A stretch of DNA of 64,000 nt. Source: Gammaproteobacteria bacterium. GTDB taxonomy: Bacteria > Pseudomonadota > Gammaproteobacteria > Pseudomonadales > Pseudohongiellaceae. The stretch's first letter is position 1; every line of letters begins with the position of its first letter. The position numbers were made by a program, and so were the translations under genes. Location: the NCBI GenBank assembly GCA_009844085.1, contig VYCF01000007.1, forward strand, positions 1,746 to 65,745, read 5' to 3'. The notes under the pieces are model-generated. The model did not search any database. It worked only from the letters and a program-made list of their open reading frames with translations, and was not told where the DNA came from. Positions 49,881 through 58,523 of the stretch are shown here, piece after piece.

Positions 49881-50867
49881 TCAGGGCGCGACTTCCATGC
49901 CGTCGCGGCCGACGATGATCGGGCCGTCAAAGTAATCGCTCATGCCCTGGATGAAAGCCGCTTCCGCGGCATCGGTCGGTGCAATCGAAGGGAACAGGTG
50001 GGTGAGCGCCAGCTTTTTCACGCCGGCTTCCTGGGCCATCCGCGCCAGTGCGAGCGTTTCGGCGTGGTATTCCATGCCTTCCTCGATCATTTCGAGTTGC
50101 CGCGTATTGCCCGCGGCTCTAGCCAGCGCTAACGCCGGACTGAACATGGCGGCGTTTTCTGCCTCGCTGACGAGCAGATCGGCGCCTTCGGCGCCGGCAG
50201 CGTAGTCCGGGCAGACCCGCGTGTCGCCCGAGATGACTACGATCTGGTCCAGATACTCGAAGCGATAACCTACGGCGGGCTCGATGGGTTCGTGGCAGAC
50301 CGGAAACATCGTTACCGTCAGGCCGTCTTCATCGAGCACGACCCCGGGTTCGTGCTCGGTCACCGTGGGATTCATCACCGCTTCGCTGAATTTCTCGCCG
50401 TGGTGGGTGATTCGATATTCGAGATCGAGCCGGTAGGTGGAGGCGATTCCAGCCACGATTTCAACCGCGCCTGGCGGCCCATGCACGGGAATGGAACGAT
50501 CGACGCCGGCAACGCCGAAATTGAGCAATATCTCGCCGAGCCCGATGAAGTGGTCGGAATGGTAATGTGTGTAGAAAATGGCGTTGAGATCGAAAATGCC
50601 GGCCTGATCGAGCGTAACGACGCAATTGCGGCCGGTATCGACGAGGAACACGCGGTCTCCCGCGATAACCGCAGTGCAGGCAGTGCCTCGCTGCGGATTC
50701 GGAATCGGCACGCCGGTGCCAAGCAAAATCACGGAAAGGCCTGCTTCCGGGTCCAGGCTGCGCGCCTGCGGCCGCCCCTGGGCGACGGCGATTCCCATCG
50801 ACACGACCAGGACGATTGCGACGAATGCCAGGACGGTTTTTCTCCTCACTCCAGGTTCTCCAGTCAT
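49881..50867 (-). CDS. Secreted MBL-fold metallo-hydrolase
   Basis: ATG 50865-50867 preceded by GGAGG. Signal peptide. HYHSDH zinc motif, plus downstream His/Asp ligands. Confidence 0.8.
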   Translation of the reverse strand: MTGEPGVRRKTVLAFVAIVLVVSMGIAVAQGRPQARSLDPEAGLSVILLGTGVPIPNPQRGTACTAVIAGDRVFLVDTGRNCVVTLDQAGIFDLNAIFYTHYHSDHFIGLGEILLNFGVAGVDRSIPVHGPPGAVEIVAGIASTYRLDLEYRITHHGEKFSEAVMNPTVTEHEPGVVLDEDGLTVTMFPVCHEPIEPAVGYRFEYLDQIVVISGDTRVCPDYAAGAEGADLLVSEAENAAMFSPALALARAAGNTRQLEMIEEGMEYHAETLALARMAQEAGVKKLALTHLFPSIAPTDAAEAAFIQGMSDYFDGPIIVGRDGMEVAP

Positions 50868-50880
50868 GGGGCCTCCACGC

Positions 50881-52353
50881 TCAACTGAGCCGCAAGGCGC
50901 CATCATCGATCGGGGATTCCTCGATCAGTTTGCGGTCCAGCAGGTAGTCCTGGGTGTTGCGCCAGGGAGCCTGGATCTTCTGTTTCGGGAACAGGTGCAT
51001 GGCGCGCTGCATGTAGCCGGGATTGAAGTCGTCGATCCAGTCGAGTTCGGGCAGGTCCGATTCTTCCTCGCGCAACACGGGTTCGCATTGCCTGGCGCCC
51101 CTGGCGTCCATGGTATTGAGCAACTTGCAGAACCAGCGTGAATTCAGGTCGGCGCGCAAGGTCCAGGAGGCGTTGACGTAGCCGAAGGTGTAAGCCAAAT
51201 TCGGCACGCCCGACAGCATCATGCCGTGGTAATTGAACGAGCGCGTCGGCTCGATCTTCTCGCCGTCGCGGTAGAGGCTGACGCCGCCGAACATCTGCAA
51301 GTTCAGGCCGGTGGCGGTGACGAGTATGTCGGCATCAACGGTTTCGCCGTCTCGCATCCTCACGCCCGTTTCGGTGATGCTTTCGATCCGGCCGGTGACG
51401 ACATCGGCCTTGCCTTCCCGGATCGCCAGGAACAGGTCGTTGTCGGGCACCAGGCACAGGCGCTGGGTCCAGGGTTCGTAATTCGGCGTGAAATGTTTCT
51501 CCACGTCATAATCTTCGCCGAGCACCTTGCGTACGCGCTTGATCAGGTAGTCCCTGATCTTCTCGGGCTTCTCCCGCGAGCGCCGGTACACCATGTCCTG
51601 CAGGCGCACGAAGCGCCAGCGATTGATCTTGCCGGCCCAGCGCGCAGGCAGCAGCGCATTGAGCAGGGCCGCGATGCGGTCCTTGCCGGGACGGGAAATG
51701 ATGTAGCTCGGCGAGCGCTGGATCATGGTCACCTTCGCGGCCTTTTGCACCAGTGCCGGAATGAGCGTAACCGCGGTGGCGCCGCTGCCGATGACCGCCA
51801 TGCGCTTGCCCGAATAATCCAGCTCTTCCGGCCAATGTTGCGGATGAACGATCGAACCGCCGAATTGCTCAAGGCCGGGAAGATCGGGCGTATAGCCTTT
51901 TTCGTAGTCGTAATAGCCGCAGCACATGAACAGGAAGCGCGCCCTGATTTCAGACTCGCGGTCCTCGCCGTCAAGCACCGATGCGGTCCAGACGGCGGAT
52001 TCGCTGTCCCAGGCAGCCGAGGTCACTCGGTGTCCGAATCGGATACGATCGCGAACGCCATATTCGTCGACCGTTTCCTGTAAGTAGTCGCGAATGGCGT
52101 CAGCGTCGGAAATCACTTTCGGATTGGTCCAGGGCTTGAAACTGAACCCGAAGGTGTACATGTCGCTGTCGGAGCGAATTCCCGGAAAGCGGAACAGATC
52201 CCAGGTGCCGCCGATCTCGTCCCGGGCTTCGAGAATGGCGTAACTCTTGCCAGGGCATTCGAGCTCAAGATGGCAAGCGGCGCTGATGCCGGAAATCCCG
52301 GCGCCGACAATCAGGACTTCAAGCAGGGAGGAGTCAGGTGCAGCAGCGTTCAT
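50881..52353 (-). CDS. Flavin-containing / Baeyer-Villiger-type monooxygenase
   Basis: FAD fold VLIVGAGISGISAA, GGTW, the FxGxxxHxxxW-type motif FGGSIVHPQHWP, and the NADP fold VIGSGATAV. Confidence 0.85.
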   Translation of the reverse strand: MNAAAPDSSLLEVLIVGAGISGISAACHLELECPGKSYAILEARDEIGGTWDLFRFPGIRSDSDMYTFGFSFKPWTNPKVISDADAIRDYLQETVDEYGVRDRIRFGHRVTSAAWDSESAVWTASVLDGEDRESEIRARFLFMCCGYYDYEKGYTPDLPGLEQFGGSIVHPQHWPEELDYSGKRMAVIGSGATAVTLIPALVQKAAKVTMIQRSPSYIISRPGKDRIAALLNALLPARWAGKINRWRFVRLQDMVYRRSREKPEKIRDYLIKRVRKVLGEDYDVEKHFTPNYEPWTQRLCLVPDNDLFLAIREGKADVVTGRIESITETGVRMRDGETVDADILVTATGLNLQMFGGVSLYRDGEKIEPTRSFNYHGMMLSGVPNLAYTFGYVNASWTLRADLNSRWFCKLLNTMDARGARQCEPVLREEESDLPELDWIDDFNPGYMQRAMHLFPKQKIQAPWRNTQDYLLDRKLIEESPIDDGALRLS

Positions 52354-52362
52354 GTTAAATCC

Positions 52363-53340
52363 TCAGGCGGCCAGAAACCCTTCCAGCCGGCCGCGAATGA
52401 TCTCGTCGGCTTCGTTCATGATGCGGTCGATGAGTTCCTTGACCGTGGGAATGTCGTGGATGAGGCCGACCACCATGCCGCAGGACCAGGCGCCGGCGTC
52501 CATTTCGCCTTCGAGCATGACTCGCGGGTAGACGCCGACGACTTCTTCCATGATGTCCTCGAAACTGATCTCGCTGCCGAGATCCTTTTCCTTTTCGAGC
52601 AGCTTTTCCACCGCGGCATTGGACAGCACGCGTTCGGTATTGCGCAGGGGGCGCATGATCAGCCGCGTCTGCAATTCGTTGGCCTCGACGATGGCCTGCT
52701 TGACGTTTTCGTGGATCGGCGCCTCCTTCGTGGCCATGAAGCGGGTGCCCATGTTCATGCCGTCGGCGCCCATGGCGAGCGAAGCGACGAGGGAGCGGGC
52801 GTCGGCCTGGCCGCCGGAGGAGACGAAGGGGATTTCGAGTTCGTCCGCGGCGCGGGGCAGCAGGATCATGTTCGGCACGTCGTCTTCGCCCGGGTGGCCG
52901 CCGCATTCGAAGCCGTCGATGCTCGCGGCGTCGCAGCCGATGCGCTGGGCCTTGAGCGCGTGGCGCACGGAAGTGCATTTGTGGATCACCTTGATGCCTG
53001 CGTCTTTCAGGTAGGGCAGAACCTGTTGCGGGTTGTTGCCCGCGGTCTCCACGACCTTCACGCCGCTGTCGATTATGACTTTGACGATGGCCGGATAATC
53101 GACCGATTTTACGGTTGGCAGAAAGGTCAGATTGACGCCGATGGGCTTGTCGGTCATGTCCTGGGCGCGGGCGATCTCGTTGGCGAGATCGGCGGGGGTT
53201 TTCTGGGTCAGCGCGGTTATGATGCCGAGTCCGCCGGCCTCTGAAACCGCCGCGGCAAGTTCGGCGAAACCGACGTAATGCATGCCGCCCTGGATGATGG
53301 GATGCTCGATTCCGAGCAATTCGGTGATTCGTGTCTTCAT
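52363..53340 (-). CDS. Nitronate monooxygenase / FabK-like FMN-dependent oxidoreductase
   Basis: ATG 53338-53340. LGIEHPIIQGGM, TAGNNP, DGFECGGHPGE, SGGQADA. Confidence 0.85.
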   Translation of the reverse strand: MKTRITELLGIEHPIIQGGMHYVGFAELAAAVSEAGGLGIITALTQKTPADLANEIARAQDMTDKPIGVNLTFLPTVKSVDYPAIVKVIIDSGVKVVETAGNNPQQVLPYLKDAGIKVIHKCTSVRHALKAQRIGCDAASIDGFECGGHPGEDDVPNMILLPRAADELEIPFVSSGGQADARSLVASLAMGADGMNMGTRFMATKEAPIHENVKQAIVEANELQTRLIMRPLRNTERVLSNAAVEKLLEKEKDLGSEISFEDIMEEVVGVYPRVMLEGEMDAGAWSCGMVVGLIHDIPTVKELIDRIMNEADEIIRGRLEGFLAA

Positions 53341-53367
53341 GGCGCTCTCTTTAATACTCCGCGAGCT

Positions 53368-53487
53368 CAATGCTCCACAAGCCGGTGCGAATGCTCGCAC
53401 AAGTCCTTGTCGACTGGCAATTTCGGAATATGTCGATATAATTCGATTTTGTCGACACGTTTCGGCGAAATGTCGATGGCATCGACA
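53368..53487. promoter_or_regulatory. Repeat-rich intergenic region: phased TGTCGA(C/T) motifs and a terminal palindrome
   Basis: TGTCGAC 53408-53414, TGTCGAT 53431-53437, TGTCGAC 53450-53456. TGTCGAT-GGC-ATCGACA 53471-53487 is a perfect inverted repeat. Spacings are 23, 19 and 21 nt. AATGCTC(C/G)CACAAG occurs twice at about 53369 and 53390. Confidence 0.45.
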
Positions 53488-53528
53488 TATCCGGCGGGCG
53501 CATCCGCATCAGAGGGGTACGAAACTGC

Positions 53529-54620
53529 ATGGCCCGATCTTTCGACCTAAGTCGTCCGTACAACGAATTGCCGGACCTGCCGCCCGCCGCGGAAACCGAA
53601 ACGAAGGCAATTCTCAAGAGTTGCATTGCGGCGCGCGCGGCGCTGGCGGAGCTCCGGGCGTCCGGGAAACTCATCCCGAACCAGGCCATGTTGATCAACT
53701 CGATCCCGCTGCTTGAAGCCCAGGCGAGTTCCGAGATCGAAAACATCGTCACGACTGCGGATCGACTGTTCCGCCATGCCAACGATGCGACGGGCCGGGC
53801 GGACCCCGCCACCAAAGAGGCGCTGCGCTATCGCACCGCCCTCAACCGCGGCTTCGAGATGCTGAAAAGGAGGCCGGTTGCGACTGCCATGGCTGTCGAG
53901 GTGTGCAGAACGATCAAGGGTGTGGATCTGGATATTCGCAAAGTGCCGGGCACGGCCTTGCTCAATGATGCAACCAACAAACTGATTTACACGCCGCCCG
54001 TCGGTGAGGACGTGATTCGAATCAAATTGGCCAATTGGGAGCGCTATATTCACGAGGCCGAGAAAATCGACCCCTTGATCCGGCTCGCGGTCATGCACTA
54101 TCAATTCGAGGCGATCCACCCGTTCGTGGATGGAAACGGTCGAACCGGGCGGGTGTTGAACCTGCTTTTCCTGGTCGACAAGGGGCTGCTTGATATTCCC
54201 GTCCTCTACCTAAGTCGATACATCATCGGGAACAAGGCGCTCTACTATCGGCATCTTCTCGCGGTGACGACCGAACAGGATTGGGAAACGTGGATTCTGT
54301 TCATGCTAGAGGCCGTCAAGACAACAGCCGAATGGACCACGGCGAAGATTCAGGCAATCCGCGAGCTTCTGGACGAGACAGCCTCGGAGATTCGGAGGAA
54401 ACTGCCGAAAATCTATTCCCGTGAACTGGTGGAACTGATCTTCGTGAATCCCTATTGCCGGGTAAACGATGTGGTCAAGGCCGGCATCGGGCGGCGTCAA
54501 ACGGCCGCTGTCTATCTGAATGCCCTGGCGGCCGAGGACATTCTGGAGAAAGTAAAGGCGGGACGCGAAAACCTTTACATCAACCCGCCGCTGTTGGCGC
54601 TCTTGTCAGAGCGCACCTGA
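53529..54620 (+). CDS. Fic-family protein (class II, N-terminal inhibitory helix, C-terminal wHTH-like domain)
   Basis: Fic active-site motif HPFVDGNGRTGR. The inhibitory motif [ST]xxxE[GN] is present as SSEIEN upstream. Length is 363 aa. Confidence 0.9.
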   Translation: MARSFDLSRPYNELPDLPPAAETETKAILKSCIAARAALAELRASGKLIPNQAMLINSIPLLEAQASSEIENIVTTADRLFRHANDATGRADPATKEALRYRTALNRGFEMLKRRPVATAMAVEVCRTIKGVDLDIRKVPGTALLNDATNKLIYTPPVGEDVIRIKLANWERYIHEAEKIDPLIRLAVMHYQFEAIHPFVDGNGRTGRVLNLLFLVDKGLLDIPVLYLSRYIIGNKALYYRHLLAVTTEQDWETWILFMLEAVKTTAEWTTAKIQAIRELLDETASEIRRKLPKIYSRELVELIFVNPYCRVNDVVKAGIGRRQTAAVYLNALAAEDILEKVKAGRENLYINPPLLALLSERT

Positions 54621-54728
54621 TTTCCGGGAGAAGGGTTCGTCTTTTGTACAATCAGTGCCTCGGCTTGCAGCACAAGGGGCGACCCAACATGATAGCTTTG
54701 TGCCTCAAATTGTTTGTGAGAGTCAACA

Positions 54729-57700
54729 ATGATCGCAGGATCTCGTCGTCTTCCAGTTAGGCACCTCTCCATTCGTGTGCCGTGGCACGACGCGGGCTGG
54801 GCGGGAAGCGTCTGCGATAAGCCGTCGGCCAATACGTCATGTCGGGTATTGCCGAGAATCGCTGAGAGCAAGGACGATGCCGCGGAAGAGTGCGTCAAGA
54901 GTCGCTCCTTTGCAGATCTGCCACCTAGTGACCTCCCGCCATGCTTAGCCGAGCGTGCGAGCTTCATGGCGCCATTTCCGATTACGCTCCGCAAGACGCA
55001 TCCTTACACTAAACGCAACCCGGAATCTCACGGACACTTCCTCCCCACACGCTACACAATGCGCCCGTACACTGCCGCCTGTGTACCCTTTCGTTGGATG
55101 CTGATCGAGGAAAGCGCGGAGTTGGTGAATTTATACGACTTGGGTTACCAGCCAGATCGCGAACCTGATCTTGGGTTCGGAACTGACTGGATTCAAGATC
55201 GTTCAAACCAACTGGTAATGCTCGATACTTTTTTTGGGGCGGTTCGCCCTGAGGAATCGCTCTGTTTCTTCTACGCTAAGGACACGCCCCTGTCGGCATC
55301 GGCTAGGCGGGTGATTGTCGGTGTGGGGCTAGTTCTAACAGTTGATGCCCCTGTCGAATATCAATATTCGATAGAAAATCCTCCGCATCGCAGCGTTCTA
55401 TGGGAACGTAACGTCGAGCACTCCATCCGACCTGGCTTCAAGGAGGGATTTCTGTTTCCATATCGAGAATTGATCGAGATCGCGAATGAGCAGGGACTCG
55501 ACCCACAACAGTTCCTGGCGTTCGCCCCGGACGAAGCGTTTTGGAGCTTTTCCCACGGCTCGGAACACGTCTCGCACGACGAAGCCATCGCATCAGTGCT
55601 GAGTTGCTTGAGGGCACTGGAGCGAATACAGGATGTGCATTCCGGGCCGTGGGGTCGGGCAATGGACTGGCTGGATAGGCAACTCAATCGTTTGTGGCGC
55701 ATGCGTGGCCCCTTTCCGGGATTCGGTTCAGCCCTTGCGGCGTTTCTTGGCGATGGCGGCAATCTTGTTGCGTATGAAATCGCCGAGGAGAGCGCGAAGA
55801 GCAGTTCCGACGGAAACATAGATCCATGGCCAGCGTTCGAACGGATCATACAAGCCCCAGGGACCGCTTCAGATTCGGTCAAGGAACAGATCGGCGAAGG
55901 GTTCGCCCGAGCATGGAGCAGCATGACGGCGCAACGAAAAGAGTTGCTCAGATTGCTCAGCCGGTTCTCGCTGACATCCGATCAGGCGAAACGATTCTTT
56001 AACCGCGATGGCCGACCCGTCAGTCTCGATGATGCCTCGCTGATTGAGAATCCATACCTACTGTACGAACTCGACCGGATGTCGCTAGATTCCATTTCCG
56101 TCATGAACATTGATCGCGGAATGCTGCCTGGCAACGCTGTGCTGAAGGCGCATCCTCTGCCTGAATCCTCGCGGCTCACCGACAAAGTCGACCCGCGCCG
56201 TGTGCGTGCGCTTGTCGTCGCGGCACTTGAGCAAGGCGCTGAACAGGGCCACACGCTGCTGCCTCGCGCTCTGCTGTCAACCTTCATCGACAGTATGCCG
56301 CTAGAGTCAGATTGCCCAATAGGGCCCGTAGTGCTTGCCGGAGTGAGTAACTCACTCGAAGGGGTCGTCGCGACAGCGAAAATGGCGAAAGACACAGTTG
56401 GTTTTCAGCTGCGTCGTTTTGTTGATACGGGCGAAATGATACGTCGCACCGTGAAAAAACGTGTCGGTCCAAAGAGCCAACGCCATCACGGTGGTAACGA
56501 TTTCGAGTCCGCGGTCAATGATTCTCTTGGCGACCTCCCTGAGGATAGCGAAGATGCGGAGATCGAAATTAAAGCGCGTGCCGAAAAGGCCGCGGCGCTC
56601 GAAGAAATATACGCATCAAGGCTATCTGTGCTGGTCGGTGCCGCCGGAACCGGGAAGACAACACTGCTCAAGATGCTCTGTGAACTGGAAGAGGTCGAAG
56701 GAGGCGGCATACTGCTATTGGCACCCACGGGTAAGGCTCGCGTCCAACTCGAAACTAGGACAGGCGTCACAGGAGGGCTAACGATTGCCCAGTTCCTGTC
56801 GCGCTACGGCGACCGATACGATACTTCAACTCACCAGTATTTGGTGACCGGCAGCCCGGATCGTTGTCGGGATTACCGAACCGTGATCGTGGACGAGTGC
56901 TCGATGCTCACCGAAGAGCAGCTCGCAGCTCTGCTGGATGCTCTGAGTGGCGTGGATCGTTTGGTCCTTGTTGGCGACCCGCGCCAGCTGCCGCCCATCG
57001 GAAGCGGTCGACCGTTTGTGGACATCGTGCGGGAACTCGAACCAGAGGAAATCGAGCATCGAATTCTGCAGGTCGACCGCGGCTATGCAAAGCTCACCAT
57101 TCCACGTCGGCAACGCGGAGCGACGCGCGCCGACTTGTTGCTCGCGGGCTGGTTCGGGGGTATCCAGGATCCTGCGGCAGACGAAATCTGGAACCGCCTC
57201 GAAAACGAAGAAATCAACGAAATCAGTTTCGAGTCTTGGAGCGACTGGGAGGATCTTCGAACGAAACTTCTTGAGTTGATCGTCAGGGAACTTGACCTTG
57301 CCAGCTTGGACGACGAAGTGGGCTTTGAATGCAGTCTCGGAGCAACCACGCACAATGGTGGGACCTTCTTCTGGCGTAGCCGCGCTCCGGATGCGCCGAT
57401 AAAGGCCGAGCGCTGGCAAATCCTGTCGCCGGTGCGCGGAGCGGATCATGGAGTGGCAAATCTAAACCGTCTGGTGCAACAGACGTTCCGTAAGTCTTGG
57501 CTATCGAAAGCAATGTCTCATTCGCAATACCGCAAGATTCATCTCCCGGTTGGTCCCCAAGGGATCATTTACGGCGACAAGGTCATCAATCTGAAGAACA
57601 GTGGAGATCGACAAGTATTTCCTAAGCGACTGTCATATGTTGCAAACGGCGATGTTGGCATCGTTGTTGGCAACTACAAGACGAAGAATCAGAAGAAGCT

Positions 57701-58472
57701 GTTTCCGTTCGTGGAAGTCGAGTTTACCTCTCAACCCGGTCATGACTATGACTTCAAGCTTGGGGAGTTCGGTGGCGAAGAAGGAACGCCTCCCTTAGAA
57801 CTTGCTTACGCTCTTACGGTCCACAAGTCGCAGGGCAGCGAGTTTGGGATTACATTCGTCGTGCTGCCCGATCCGTGTTGGCCTCTTTCTCGAGAATTGC
57901 TCTACACCGCATTGACCCGCCAGCAGAACCGGGTCGTCGTTTTGCATCAAGGCGACTTGCGGAATTTGCGCCGCTATGCGAGCGACAAGCACTCGGACAT
58001 CGCCCGCAGGTTGACCAACCTGTTCTCTCCTCCCAATCCAGTCTCGTTCGAGGTCGAAGGTGTCGAGAAATTTCTGGAGGAAGGACTCATCCATCGCACC
58101 AAGCGTGGCGATCTTGTCCGTTCCAAATCCGAGGCAATCATTGCGAACGAACTCCTAGCGCAAGGAGTAGACCGGTACGAATACGAAGCGGCGCTTTCGC
58201 TATCCGACGGGAGAACACGGTATCCAGACTTCACAGTTGTGGATGATGACACGGGAGAGCGTTTCTACTGGGAGCATTTAGGGCTGCTTCATAACCCAGA
58301 ATATGAGGCCCGCTGGAACCGGAAATTGGAAGAATACCGCGCAGCATCTATCCTTCCGCATCAGGAAGGCGGCGGCAAGGCGGGCACATTGATTGTCACC
58401 CGCGACGACGAGCGAGGCGGAATCGACACCCAAGCTATCGCCGACTTGATTCGTGATGTGTTGGTCGGATAA
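54729..58472 (+). CDS. 1247-aa multidomain protein: Cys-rich N-terminal region of unknown function, RecD-like SF1 helicase, C-terminal PD-(D/E)xK-like nuclease domain
   Basis: N-terminus IRVPWHDAGWAGSVCDKPSANTSC. Walker A GAAGTGKTT, Walker B VIVDECSML, LVLVGDPRQLPPIG, ALTVHKSQGSEF, YTALTRQQNRVVVL. The C-terminus reads VRSKSEAIIANELLAQGVDRYEYE...YPDFTVVDD...FYWEHLG. Confidence 0.8.
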   Translation: MIAGSRRLPVRHLSIRVPWHDAGWAGSVCDKPSANTSCRVLPRIAESKDDAAEECVKSRSFADLPPSDLPPCLAERASFMAPFPITLRKTHPYTKRNPESHGHFLPTRYTMRPYTAACVPFRWMLIEESAELVNLYDLGYQPDREPDLGFGTDWIQDRSNQLVMLDTFFGAVRPEESLCFFYAKDTPLSASARRVIVGVGLVLTVDAPVEYQYSIENPPHRSVLWERNVEHSIRPGFKEGFLFPYRELIEIANEQGLDPQQFLAFAPDEAFWSFSHGSEHVSHDEAIASVLSCLRALERIQDVHSGPWGRAMDWLDRQLNRLWRMRGPFPGFGSALAAFLGDGGNLVAYEIAEESAKSSSDGNIDPWPAFERIIQAPGTASDSVKEQIGEGFARAWSSMTAQRKELLRLLSRFSLTSDQAKRFFNRDGRPVSLDDASLIENPYLLYELDRMSLDSISVMNIDRGMLPGNAVLKAHPLPESSRLTDKVDPRRVRALVVAALEQGAEQGHTLLPRALLSTFIDSMPLESDCPIGPVVLAGVSNSLEGVVATAKMAKDTVGFQLRRFVDTGEMIRRTVKKRVGPKSQRHHGGNDFESAVNDSLGDLPEDSEDAEIEIKARAEKAAALEEIYASRLSVLVGAAGTGKTTLLKMLCELEEVEGGGILLLAPTGKARVQLETRTGVTGGLTIAQFLSRYGDRYDTSTHQYLVTGSPDRCRDYRTVIVDECSMLTEEQLAALLDALSGVDRLVLVGDPRQLPPIGSGRPFVDIVRELEPEEIEHRILQVDRGYAKLTIPRRQRGATRADLLLAGWFGGIQDPAADEIWNRLENEEINEISFESWSDWEDLRTKLLELIVRELDLASLDDEVGFECSLGATTHNGGTFFWRSRAPDAPIKAERWQILSPVRGADHGVANLNRLVQQTFRKSWLSKAMSHSQYRKIHLPVGPQGIIYGDKVINLKNSGDRQVFPKRLSYVANGDVGIVVGNYKTKNQKKLFPFVEVEFTSQPGHDYDFKLGEFGGEEGTPPLELAYALTVHKSQGSEFGITFVVLPDPCWPLSRELLYTALTRQQNRVVVLHQGDLRNLRRYASDKHSDIARRLTNLFSPPNPVSFEVEGVEKFLEEGLIHRTKRGDLVRSKSEAIIANELLAQGVDRYEYEAALSLSDGRTRYPDFTVVDDDTGERFYWEHLGLLHNPEYEARWNRKLEEYRAASILPHQEGGGKAGTLIVTRDDERGGIDTQAIADLIRDVLVG

Positions 58473-58523
58473 AGATCGGAAGTGAAGCTGGCAATTCGCC
58501 GGTCACAGGGATCATCAGCTTAC

